From IMG/VR virus record IMGVR_UViG_3300020478_000007, positions 54 to 64,053 of that record: a stretch of 64,000 nt of DNA. One strand, given 5' to 3'. Positions 49,283 to 58,232 of this stretch are shown here, one piece after another. Both the position numbers and the translations under genes were made by a program. The DNA is from a virus. Its lineage: Duplodnaviria; Caudoviricetes. The notes below the pieces were generated by a model. That model did no database searches and was not told the DNA's origin. It saw only the letters and a program-made list of their open reading frames with translations. How positions within the stretch are numbered: position 1 is the first letter of the stretch; each line of letters opens with the position of its first letter.

Positions 49283-49594
49283 CTATTCTTCTAGTTCTTT
49301 TTGTTTGGCTTCGAATTTCTCGGCGAACCTTTTCGCCTTCTCCTTTTTCGCTTGGTTGTGTCCGTCTATCATTCTCAACTTGTAGGAATCATAATCGGCT
49401 TTGTTGAAATTGTCCGGCTTTCTTTTACCGCTGACCCGTACGGCATTGATTCCGTTACTCCAAATATGGTCTATGCGACCTGAGTGGATGCCATCGAATA
49501 AACAATCTTCGGGCGTGTCATGTAAAACGTTTTCATAATCTCCCGTTCCGTTTGCTTCTTCAATTGTCCAATCTTTCCATTCTCTGTCTTCCAT
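49283..49594 (-). CDS. Hypothetical protein
   Basis: AAGGAG RBS. Confidence 0.65.
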   Translation of the reverse strand: MEDREWKDWTIEEANGTGDYENVLHDTPEDCLFDGIHSGRIDHIWSNGINAVRVSGKRKPDNFNKADYDSYKLRMIDGHNQAKKEKAKRFAEKFEAKQKELEE

Positions 49595-49655
49595 TTTTTC
49601 TCCTTGTTTGTTTTGACTTTTGGTTGGGGGAGAGCCGAAGCCCTCCCCCGTTATT

Positions 49656-50066
49656 TTAAACTGTCGCCCTCATTGCTTGCATCCGTGAGACACAAGTTTC
49701 GACGGTCAGTATTTCGCCTTTTCCGAAGACGTCCATATCGGCAGTTTGCTTTTTGCTCCATGCTTCAGGGACTGGCAAAGTGTTGCCTTCTCCGTCGTGG
49801 CTGGTGAACACAACTGGTCCTACCAACTGGTAGCCACCGTGTCCGTTTTCTCCATTGACGACGAACGTTCCGAGCAAGTTAAAAACAAAGTCGCCTTTGA
49901 TTAATCCTTCCTCGTTGACCCATGCATCAATCTCTGGAGTGACTCGGACACATTCGATGTATCCACCGACGAGTGCTTGAAGATCTGCTAACGAGTTTTC
50001 CGTTGGCTTTACTTTGTAGACACTCGCATCGTCATCTATCACTAGATAGTGTTCCATCCTTTTCAC
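49656..50066 (-). CDS. DUF3846-like protein
   Basis: LADLQALVGGYIE, WVNEEG, LVGPVVF. Confidence 0.8.
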   Translation of the reverse strand: MKRMEHYLVIDDDASVYKVKPTENSLADLQALVGGYIECVRVTPEIDAWVNEEGLIKGDFVFNLLGTFVVNGENGHGGYQLVGPVVFTSHDGEGNTLPVPEAWSKKQTADMDVFGKGEILTVETCVSRMQAMRATV

Positions 50067-50150
50067 CTCCTTTTTTGGCTTATCGGATAGTTCCAGTATA
50101 CAGGTTGGGCATGTGCTGTCAACTGTTTATTTAAGAAATCTTTTCACTCA

Positions 50151-50166
50151 TCGAACGTATGTTCGA
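50151..50166. promoter_or_regulatory. LexA box between divergent promoters
   Basis: TCGAACGTATGTTCGA; TTGACA-N16-TATACT on minus strand (~50095-50122) and TTGCTT-N17-TACAAT on plus (50222-50250). Confidence 0.8.
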
Positions 50167-50284
50167 CTGGCCCGGAGGGAACTACGCTGAGAAATTTCTC
50201 GATATTTCTCGGTTTAAATGGTTGCTTTCTACTATTAGTTGATATACAATTTTAGGTATAGCCAAAACCGAAAAGGGGATAGAT

Positions 50285-50599
50285 ATGAAAACAGCAATGA
50301 AGAACTACTGGGCAAGAGTAAAAGATGCGAAAGATCTTTGCTCAGGTTGTCAAGTTGACGGGCACGTTGAATGTGGTCGTGAATACTGGACACATCGCCT
50401 AACCGAAACCATCACCTGCGAGTGCTGTGTCGAAACAGATTCTTTCAGCAGAGAAACCGAAAACTACTGGAAAGAAATTCAGCGGGCAGTGTGTCATGAG
50501 ATAGTTGAGGGCCTGCAAGAAGACCTTGATAGTGATTACTTCTTTGTCGGGTTCGATACCAAAACCCAAAATTGGGTAGTCGTTAGGAGGGGGGCATGA
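50285..50599 (+). CDS. Cys-containing hypothetical protein
   Basis: AAAGGGG RBS after promoter. Confidence 0.65.
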   Translation: MKTAMKNYWARVKDAKDLCSGCQVDGHVECGREYWTHRLTETITCECCVETDSFSRETENYWKEIQRAVCHEIVEGLQEDLDSDYFFVGFDTKTQNWVVVRRGA

Positions 50600-50856
50600 A
50601 AAAGATTCTGACCATCCTCCTGATGGTTGGGGTGGGGATCTTATTGATCCTTACCCTGGCCCGAAGCAATGAACGAGCCGCACGGTTCGAATGTCATTGG
50701 CCAAGTCACATCGTTAAGTCAGGTGACACGATGTGGATGATCGCAGGGACTTACTGTTCAGGCAATATCGAGAACGCTGTCTATCACATGATCGAACTTA
50801 ATGGGGGCTCAAGTCTTCAGATCGGTCAGAGGGTGGTGATCCCAAATGCCAGTTAA
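50596..50856 (+). CDS. Membrane-anchored LysM protein (YneA/ChiZ-like architecture)
   Basis: N-terminal TM; HIVKSGDTMWMIA...IELNG..LQIGQRVVIP. Confidence 0.85.
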   Translation: MKKILTILLMVGVGILLILTLARSNERAARFECHWPSHIVKSGDTMWMIAGTYCSGNIENAVYHMIELNGGSSLQIGQRVVIPNAS

Positions 50857-51706
50857 GAAAGTGGCTGGAAGTAATCCCTGTGTGGATGGGTGCACCTGTG
50901 CCCGACACCCGGAGGGTTATCCATTCGATGCAAGTTTGACTTACGGGGAGAGAAAGAGAGTCAACGAAACTGAAGAACAGCGGGAACATCGCCTAGCCCG
51001 TGGAAAGGAATATTACGAAGCCAACAAAGATTCGCTTAGGAAAAAGGCCAAGGAGTATCACCATAAGAATAGGGATGCCGTCCTCGCTAGGAACAAGATC
51101 AGGTATGACAGTGACCCTGAGCGTTATCGCGAACAAGCGAAAAGATACCGCTTAGAGAATCCTGAGGCAAAGAGAGAGTCTGATCGGCGATCACGTTTGA
51201 AGCACATAGATAGAGCCAAAAAGCGTGACCGTGAATACAGATTAGAAAATTTAGAAAAAGTTAAGGCTTACGCTGAGTGGTACAGAAACCAACCAGAGAA
51301 CCAAAAGAAAAAGAAAGAGTACCAAACTAATTATTACAAGACTAATAAAGAGCAGTTCAAGGAGAAGGGTCGGCAGTATCGCGAGAACAATTTAGAAAAG
51401 GTTAGAGCAAGCGAGAACCTTAAAAACCGACGCAGGAAGGCTGTGGAATCTGATGGTCACACCCAAAAGGAGTTACACGATTACTGGAGAGCGATCGGCA
51501 TAGATCCTAAGCGGTGTACCTACTGCGATGCGTGGCATACCAAATGGGACAACAACTGGAAAACCTCAGCAGGTGATCATGTGGTTCCGCTTTCAAAGGG
51601 AGGCAAAGACTTTTTGGAAAATATCGTGCCATGTTGTTTCTCTTGTAACGGATCTAAATCAGCCAAGATTCTTTACGAGGAATGGACACCACCCAATCGA
51701 CGATGA
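50846..51706 (+). CDS. HNH endonuclease with charged helical repeats
   Basis: CTYC, DHVVPLSKGG, NIVPCCFSCNGSK. Confidence 0.9.
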   Translation: MPVKKVAGSNPCVDGCTCARHPEGYPFDASLTYGERKRVNETEEQREHRLARGKEYYEANKDSLRKKAKEYHHKNRDAVLARNKIRYDSDPERYREQAKRYRLENPEAKRESDRRSRLKHIDRAKKRDREYRLENLEKVKAYAEWYRNQPENQKKKKEYQTNYYKTNKEQFKEKGRQYRENNLEKVRASENLKNRRRKAVESDGHTQKELHDYWRAIGIDPKRCTYCDAWHTKWDNNWKTSAGDHVVPLSKGGKDFLENIVPCCFSCNGSKSAKILYEEWTPPNRR

Positions 51707-51714
51707 CCTGTCGC

Positions 51715-51850
51715 CTAAGTCGTCTAAATTCACACGCCAAATTCACACCTACCCGGTCACCCGGAGAGCGCCGGGGGCGCTCACGCTGAACTCAACGCCT
51801 GGACCGGAGGCAAAATTCACAGGTAATTTTCGAGTTCCGGCTGTGTGAGG
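51715..51850 (+). repeat. Intergenic module 6: 2x ATTCACAC + CCGG tract
   Basis: ATTCACAC at 51728 and 51741; variant ATTCACAG at 51815. Confidence 0.75.
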
Positions 51851-51938
51851 GTTCGGGGTCGACCATCATCGCTCTCCTCCCTCAATCGAACATATGTTTG
51901 CCCATGGATACGGGCGTATATGGGCACAAATAAAGAAA

Positions 51939-51973
51939 GCCCCTCAGACCGCCACAGCGACGATCTGAGGGGC
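51939..51973 (-). terminator. Intrinsic terminator
   Basis: GCCCCTCAGA...TCTGAGGGGC stem with T-rich tail on minus strand. Confidence 0.6.
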
Positions 51974-51980
51974 GTTCGCC

Positions 51981-52280
51981 CTATTCAGGTAGTACTACAC
52001 CTAGAGCGGTGAGTTCTGCGTCTCTCTCGGCTCTCTCGGCTGCGAGACGGGCGACCCTTTCGGCTCTCTCTTTCTTCTCAATCCTTGCGAACGCTATCCC
52101 CTCGGTTACGTGTACCAGTATGGCGTGAAGTGTCAGACCGATCGCCATTGCTGCAAGAACCACCACCACCATGGTGGTGGTCTCGTGGTGAAGTATTCCA
52201 TAAAGTGTTTCTGCTATTGCTTCCATTGATTCATTCCTTTCTGTTGGCTTATTGAATCGTGGGCGCTGTGAGCCTTGCAC
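51981..52280 (-). CDS. Membrane hypothetical protein
   Basis: One TM; probable start MEAIAET. Confidence 0.6.
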   Translation of the reverse strand: MQGSQRPRFNKPTERNESMEAIAETLYGILHHETTTMVVVVLAAMAIGLTLHAILVHVTEGIAFARIEKKERAERVARLAAERAERDAELTALGVVLPE

Positions 52281-52317
52281 TCACTCGGTGGCTTGGGTAC
52301 CACTTGCGCCCGACCTG

Positions 52318-52764
52318 TTAGACAGGCTGCACCGTGAGAGTCTGACCGACTCGGTTATCGATGTTGGCTAGGAACTCGGCTGGATCCTCTGGGCACCTGA
52401 CGGTTACCTGTCGGGCTACTGCTGTAGTTGCTTCTGCCTCGTGGTAAGAGTTAGTCCGCTTCTCAGGTCGTAGCCATGAGATGCGATATAGATCGTTGCC
52501 TAGAGCGTGGATCCAAACTTCAACAGGTGCGCCGGCGAATACTGTGAACTTCCCGCCCTTGCGTATCTCGGTTAATGGTGAGACACCCTCAACGCTGTGA
52601 CCCTTAACGGCATCTCCGAGGTACTTAAGGAATGATCCTTGCATTCCTTTCTTCCCCATCTCTTTACCGTCTTTCACTCGGTGAGTGTTGAACTTAACCT
52701 CGTGTGATTCATTCATAATTTCCTTTCGTGTGCCCTGTTGGCTTATGTTGTGTTTGATGGGCAC
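52318..52764 (-). CDS. Hypothetical protein (paralog of 48586..48975)
   Basis: SFLKYLGDAVKG, LGNDLYRISW, RQVTVRC; probable start MNESHE. Confidence 0.75.
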   Translation of the reverse strand: MPIKHNISQQGTRKEIMNESHEVKFNTHRVKDGKEMGKKGMQGSFLKYLGDAVKGHSVEGVSPLTEIRKGGKFTVFAGAPVEVWIHALGNDLYRISWLRPEKRTNSYHEAEATTAVARQVTVRCPEDPAEFLANIDNRVGQTLTVQPV

Positions 52765-53110
52765 ATAGTCATCTTATAGGTGACGCAACCCTTTCGTGCG
52801 GATACTTGCAAAGAAATTTAAATTTCTCATTACACGAATGTAATTTGAAATCAGATCATGACGGTAGGCGGTCACCACATGGCGCCATGAGATGGCACAC
52901 CTAGGCACCCGACCACGTGACCCGACGACCACACCCGACGACCTCAACAGGTAGGCGTCACACCCTCGGCAGATCCACACGACCACACGACAGACCCGAC
53001 CACGTGAGAGACGCTCTCAGACAGGGGTAGGCGTAGGTTCAGAAAGGGAAAGGGGGGCGGGGTCTCGCTTTGTTAGACAGTTTCTGCATTTTTGTAACAC
53101 TTTTGTAGGG

Positions 53111-53242
53111 TCAACTGCGGATGGACTGTTGCCACCAGTGTGCTAGTAGTGTGATGTAGCCGACGGCGAGTGCTATCCAGATGTCTGTTCCTAGGTGGAG
53201 TGTGATGTCGAGGTTTTCTGGTATGAGGTTTGTTAAGTCCAT
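53111..53242 (-). CDS. 43-aa membrane peptide (not in ORF track)
   Basis: MDLTNLIPENLDITLHLGTDIWIALAVGYITLLAHWWQQSIRS. Confidence 0.4.
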   Translation of the reverse strand: MDLTNLIPENLDITLHLGTDIWIALAVGYITLLAHWWQQSIRS

Positions 53243-53319
53243 ACCTGGGAGTGTAGGGGGTAGGGGGTTGTTTTTTACTTTGGTTCGGTTAGGAGTCCCG
53301 TGTTTTGTAGGGTGGGGGT

Positions 53320-54501
53320 ATGAGGTATCCGTTGGTGTCGGTTGATTGTCATGCTGGTTTGTCTATTGATGGGTATAGGGAGTATTTGGATCCTGTGTGG
53401 CGGGGTCCTTTTGATGAGTGGCGGGAGGGTTTTGTTAACCGGTCTGCTCGTTCGGTGGCCGGGGATCGGTCTAGGAATTGGGATAGTGCCCGTAGGGTGG
53501 CGGATTTGGATTATGAGGGGGTGGCTGTTGAGGTTGTTTTCCCTAATACGATCACTCCTTTCGCTTTGGGTAACTCGATTACGGGCCGTTTGCCTGTGAC
53601 TAGGGCTGATTATGCTCGTGGGTTGGCTGGTATACGGGCTCATAACAGGTGGTTGAAGGAGTTTTGTGATGATTTGCCGGAAAGAAGGTGTGGTTTACCT
53701 CTGGTTTTCTTAAATGACCTGGATGACACGTTGGATGACTTGGATTGGATAGCGGAGAATGGGTTTACGTCGTTCATGTTGCCTCCTGTACCTCCAGACG
53801 GGGGTGTACCTGGGCTATACGACCCTATTTATGACCGTATATGGAAGGTAATCGAAGATTATGACCTCACAATCACCCAACATTCAGGCGCAGGAACCCC
53901 AAATTACGGAAATGTGCCCTCCGCGACGATACTTTTCCTCATGGAATCCGCATATTTCGCCCACAGGCACCTCTCACACATGATTTTGTCAGGAGTATTC
54001 GAAAGATTCCCCCAATTACGGTACGTCATGACCGAACAAGACGTCTCCTGGGTCATAAAAGAACTCGAATACATGGACGAATACCACCTATGGGCCACAG
54101 CAGGCGTAATCCCACAACTAGGAGACTTCCAAAACACCCTCCCCGACCAACCATCCGACTACTTCCACCAAAACGTATGGATAGGAGCAAGTTTCCCAAC
54201 CCCCTCAGAAGCAGACGCCATGCAACAAGTCGGCGTAGACCGAATGATGTGGGGAAACGACTACCCACACAAAGAAGGAACCTTCCCCTACACACGCCAA
54301 CACCTACAACGCACATTCCACAACTGGAAAGAAGCCGATCTCAGAAAAATTTTTTTCGAAAACGCCTGCGGCGTTTATCGGATTGACATTAACCAAGTAG
54401 AGGATGTTGTTGAACGTATAGGCCCCACTGTTAAAGAAGTCGCTACACGTTTAAAAGAGATCCCACCAGACACATTGAGCGTCGCCTTCATAAGACCGTA
54501 A
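53320..54501 (+). CDS. Amidohydrolase_2 family protein
   Basis: VSVDCHA, RAHNRWL, SGVFERFPQL, MWGNDYPHKEGT. Confidence 0.92.
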   Translation: MRYPLVSVDCHAGLSIDGYREYLDPVWRGPFDEWREGFVNRSARSVAGDRSRNWDSARRVADLDYEGVAVEVVFPNTITPFALGNSITGRLPVTRADYARGLAGIRAHNRWLKEFCDDLPERRCGLPLVFLNDLDDTLDDLDWIAENGFTSFMLPPVPPDGGVPGLYDPIYDRIWKVIEDYDLTITQHSGAGTPNYGNVPSATILFLMESAYFAHRHLSHMILSGVFERFPQLRYVMTEQDVSWVIKELEYMDEYHLWATAGVIPQLGDFQNTLPDQPSDYFHQNVWIGASFPTPSEADAMQQVGVDRMMWGNDYPHKEGTFPYTRQHLQRTFHNWKEADLRKIFFENACGVYRIDINQVEDVVERIGPTVKEVATRLKEIPPDTLSVAFIRP

Positions 54502-54795
54502 AATAGTGTCAGAATTCACACCGGTTCTAGGTGTCCTATCCACTTCATTCACGTATTGTTGATCCTTGGCCCAATACAAAAATGAAGGTGATAATTAATG
54601 TTAAAACGAATTGCAAAGTTGTTCCGTAGGGGAGACCACTACCACTACTACTACCACGGACAGCAATTGTCTGACTCTCTCGAAAGAGAGATTCTTAAAA
54701 CACGTTTTCGCCTGTATTAAGTCAACCACCGTTGCATGCATTAAAAGTTGAATATAAAGCCTTTGCGGCTTGACAACACGTGATAACGTTGGGTT

Positions 54796-55545
54796 ATGAC
54801 CAATCTGCCTACTACTTCTCAATGGGTGGATTTGTCGTTGCTTCATCCCGAGTTCAAAAGAAGACTCGAAGCGTATTTCGCTGACCCACGGATAAAAGGG
54901 AAAGTAAAAATCTGCTCAGGGGGAAGAACGTACAACCAGCAGAAAGAGTTGTACACGAAATACAAAAACGGGAAAGGCAACCTCGCAGCGAACCCAGATA
55001 GACGTTTCGGTCCCAAAGGATTAGACGGAAAAGGGATATGGCGAGGGTCATGGCACATGCAGCAAGTGGATTCCTATGTTTATGCCGTCGACATCCGGTT
55101 AACAGGACGAATCTCATGGGCAGTGGCACACGACGTCGCCGAAGATTACGGGATACGCAAAACAGTGCCTTCAGAGAACTGGCACATGCAACCCCGGTAC
55201 ACAAGCGAATGGTTCCCAGCGCCAGCGTTCGACAAAGATTACTCTGCGCCACCAACCCCACCCGCTGAACCTGTCTTACCTGACTTCAACGCCATATTGA
55301 TGTACATCAGACAAGTCGGGGACGCTATCTCAATCCGGCCATTGCGTCGCAAGTCAGAAGGCAGACCAGTAGAGATGCTTCAGCGACGTTTAGCGGACTT
55401 AGATTTCAAGGTAGGGAACCCAGATGGCAAATTCGGATGGAAAACACTTTTCGCAGTCAGAAACTTCCAACGTGTAGAACGCCTAACCGTAGACGGTGTG
55501 GTAGGAAAGAACACCTGGCTAAAAATGTGGGAAGTAGACGACTGA
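54796..55545 (+). CDS. Endolysin: M15 (VanY-like) peptidase + PG-binding domain
   Basis: GGRTYNQQ, SWH...AVD, ENWH; DGKFGWKT..AVRNFQ..L.VDGVVG. Confidence 0.88.
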   Translation: MTNLPTTSQWVDLSLLHPEFKRRLEAYFADPRIKGKVKICSGGRTYNQQKELYTKYKNGKGNLAANPDRRFGPKGLDGKGIWRGSWHMQQVDSYVYAVDIRLTGRISWAVAHDVAEDYGIRKTVPSENWHMQPRYTSEWFPAPAFDKDYSAPPTPPAEPVLPDFNAILMYIRQVGDAISIRPLRRKSEGRPVEMLQRRLADLDFKVGNPDGKFGWKTLFAVRNFQRVERLTVDGVVGKNTWLKMWEVDD

Positions 55546-55552
55546 GGTGACC

Positions 55553-55699
55553 ATGCCGACGATGTATCCAGACCGATTGCAAGAATTACCTGAAGAGATG
55601 TTGGGTGAACGCCCAGACATAGACCCTTTTCTGGATGACACACCGATAGAGGCATCATGCTCACTAGAGAACCCCGAGACTTGCGAGTCTTGCCAGTAG
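55553..55699 (+). CDS. 48-aa peptide ending CSLENPETCESCQ (not in ORF track)
   Basis: GAGGTG RBS; MPTMYPDRLQELPEEMLGERPDIDPFLDDTPIEASCSLENPETCESCQ. Confidence 0.7.
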   Translation: MPTMYPDRLQELPEEMLGERPDIDPFLDDTPIEASCSLENPETCESCQ

Positions 55700-55803
55700 T
55701 CGTTTCACTGCTCACAGCGTTAGTGGCAACAGTCGGGTGTATAGGTGTACTGTTTGGTATGGCCTTTATCCGAGAAATAAAAGAGATGCTCAGGTTATGA
55801 CCC

Positions 55804-56001
55804 ATGAGTACCACGCTCTCGGATCCTGACGACGAATTCATCCAATACCTTCACGATGAATGGGCTATGCGTACAGACGACCCAGACTCCGAAGACGAGT
55901 TCGGGAAATTCTTAAAAGCGTTTGTTGACATAGCGGGGGCCTGGGAAAAAGGAGACGATGAAGAGCCACCCAACGATCCGCTTGGCATAATGGGAGTCTG
56001 A
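55804..56001 (+). CDS. Hypothetical acidic protein
   Basis: TGATG coupling to the next gene. Confidence 0.6.
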   Translation: MSTTLSDPDDEFIQYLHDEWAMRTDDPDSEDEFGKFLKAFVDIAGAWEKGDDEEPPNDPLGIMGV

Positions 56002-56831
56002 TGCTACGGATTAGCCCTTATTCTCATGGCGGCGTAGATCAAATTATTGAAGACATGCAAGGATGGGCTTGGGAGTTTGTCCACCACAAAGCAATCGGCT
56101 TTGAAGATTTACACCCGAGTAAAACAGAACAGCAAGCAATCATGAGAGCGCTTTACGACAGGTTCGACACACGGTGCACAGAATGCAACGAAGCGCCTCG
56201 TCCGAGCCTGATAACACAGTTAGGGATTCATGACCAAGGGTTCTTCCACGGTGAGATTGAAGAAGTCGAAGAACGCAATTGGCATATGGATGACGCTACC
56301 TTTGAAAAAACGACAGCGATTATTGGTTTGCATCTAATCGAGTTTGCTCATCCCCCTGGGCCAGTCGGTAACACCGTGTTCTGTGACATGGAGCGGCTTT
56401 TCCAACAAGCCCCTGAAGAGACACAAAGGTATGCACAACAAACACGAATGTGGCACACAGAGCCGGAAGGTGCATCTGATGGTGTCGAAGAAAGAGATTA
56501 CGCAATCTCAGGCGCAGTTCATGACGGTGTCCGTATCCACCCTGCGACTAAACAAATGAGTTTCTACGTTCCTAATTTTTGGTTTGAACCAGAAGAAGGG
56601 AGCACGCCAGAGTTCGTTGAGTACATCGAATACATAAAAGAACAGGTTTATGATCCCTCGAATCAAGAAAGATGGATTTGGAACGAAGGCGACTTTCTTA
56701 TTTGGGACAACAGAAACCTGATGCACACAATGAGCGGAGGGTGGGCTGCTGGGGAACGAGTTTTTAATCGTTCCTCGATAGGGCACGAAAAACCAATCGG
56801 GGTTTCTCAAGATCTGTTACTCTTTCAGTAA
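56001..56831 (+). CDS. TauD/TfdA-like dioxygenase
   Basis: NWHMD, GNTVFCDM, RIHPAT, WNEGDFLIWDNRNLMH. Confidence 0.9.
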   Translation: MLRISPYSHGGVDQIIEDMQGWAWEFVHHKAIGFEDLHPSKTEQQAIMRALYDRFDTRCTECNEAPRPSLITQLGIHDQGFFHGEIEEVEERNWHMDDATFEKTTAIIGLHLIEFAHPPGPVGNTVFCDMERLFQQAPEETQRYAQQTRMWHTEPEGASDGVEERDYAISGAVHDGVRIHPATKQMSFYVPNFWFEPEEGSTPEFVEYIEYIKEQVYDPSNQERWIWNEGDFLIWDNRNLMHTMSGGWAAGERVFNRSSIGHEKPIGVSQDLLLFQ

Positions 56832-56855
56832 GCCTCACCGCTTTCTGGAGTTCCC

Positions 56856-57761
56856 ATGCAATCTGTCCCAATCAAGGACGCCCCTAACAAGATCTATTCG
56901 GGTAAAACTAATAACGCCCGAGGTATCGTCGTCCACCACACTGCGTCTTCAAAAAAATCTAAAGACGAGAACGTCATCCAAATGTGTATCCGTGGCGTTA
57001 ACAAAGTCCCAGGGCCTCTCTACAATTTTCTCATCTCTGGTGATGGGACGATCTGGGCTCTCACGGCAGAAAACATAAAAGCCAATCACGCTGGCCGAGG
57101 TAACAAGTCGGTTCTTAATGATGTGATGAATGGGGTGCCCGCAAAAGGTAAAGCGACGACACCAGGAACGATTTCCGCTAACAGCCGTTTCTTCGGCGTG
57201 TCGATCATCAATGATGGATTAGGTCAAGAAATCCCCTCGGCTCAATACGACGCTTGTGTGGCGGTCTGCGCGTATCTCTGTGACAAGTATGGAATCAATC
57301 CCCTCTCAGGGGTGATAGGTCACTCTGAATGGACGTCAAGAAAGGTGGACCCAACTTTCGATATGGGTCAGTTCCGTCAAGCAGTTGTTTCTCGAACTTC
57401 GCAGGTGCCTGAAGTGGCTCGACTAGTAATCGCTGAGAAGCCAGATGAAGAACCAGCGCTTGTTGCTGCGCTCACTGCTGAGAAACCACCAGAGACAAAT
57501 ATGAGATTCCCTGGCACGATGCGTCGAGGGTCAAGATCCCAAAGTGTCAAGTTGGTCCAAAGAAGAGTCGGCGCTAAGGCTGACGGCATCTACGGGAGAG
57601 GCACCGCTTGGAAAGTGAAACAGTGGCAGCGCAACTACAACAGGCAACGCGCTGTGACCACGAACCCTCTTTCAGTTGATGGTGTGGTCGGCCCCCTGAC
57701 ATGGAGGGCAATGGACCTCTTTCCGAAGGATATTGAAGAGACATCAGCAGGCTTCTTTTAA
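56856..57761 (+). CDS. Endolysin: N-acetylmuramoyl-L-alanine amidase + PG-binding domain
   Basis: GIVVHHTA, ANHAG, IGHSEW..RKVDP; ADGIYG..VDGVVGPLTW. Confidence 0.92.
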   Translation: MQSVPIKDAPNKIYSGKTNNARGIVVHHTASSKKSKDENVIQMCIRGVNKVPGPLYNFLISGDGTIWALTAENIKANHAGRGNKSVLNDVMNGVPAKGKATTPGTISANSRFFGVSIINDGLGQEIPSAQYDACVAVCAYLCDKYGINPLSGVIGHSEWTSRKVDPTFDMGQFRQAVVSRTSQVPEVARLVIAEKPDEEPALVAALTAEKPPETNMRFPGTMRRGSRSQSVKLVQRRVGAKADGIYGRGTAWKVKQWQRNYNRQRAVTTNPLSVDGVVGPLTWRAMDLFPKDIEETSAGFF

Positions 57762-57854
57762 ATTAAAGTTGCAATTGACTCCTAACCCTGTATACTAGGG
57801 GTAGACGATAAGTCATCGTCTTACATAAGAAATAACAATTTAGGAGCAAGAAAT

Positions 57855-58232
57855 ATGTCCCCAAGACAGAAATATGCACAACGAATCCACTTAGAGCGTG
57901 CGATGAAGTTCGCTCAAAGGTTGGAGGACGGTTGGGAGTACCATGAAGAACTCCGCCTCGAAGGAAGGCTCCCTTTAATAAAAGGGCGACGCTTTCAATT
58001 GCAGGGCGAGTCCGGTTGGTTTATCTTCCACTCCGTTTACTTCGATCCCCGTCATGGAGAGAACGGCGTAAGAATTATCGAATGCTATGGCCCTCTTACC
58101 AAAGCCGGTGATCCGAAGGCAGGTTGCCATCGCCATGACTTCCCAATAGACGAAGGATTGGAATGGAACAAAAGAAAACTCGTATACACAGTCAAGCGTG
58201 TTGAAGCAAAGAAAGAAAGAGAGGTCAGGTAA
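57855..58232 (+). CDS. Hypothetical protein
   Basis: AGGAG RBS; promoter TTGCAA-N16-TATACT near 57769-57796. Confidence 0.65.
   Translation: MSPRQKYAQRIHLERAMKFAQRLEDGWEYHEELRLEGRLPLIKGRRFQLQGESGWFIFHSVYFDPRHGENGVRIIECYGPLTKAGDPKAGCHRHDFPIDEGLEWNKRKLVYTVKRVEAKKEREVR

Noticed and set aside
50846-51706. Intron- or intein-borne homing endonuclease
   Set aside because: No interrupted gene or intron structure seen; appears free-standing.
53275-54386. Overlapping ORFs inside the amidohydrolase
   Set aside because: Explained by extreme base skew reducing stop codons.
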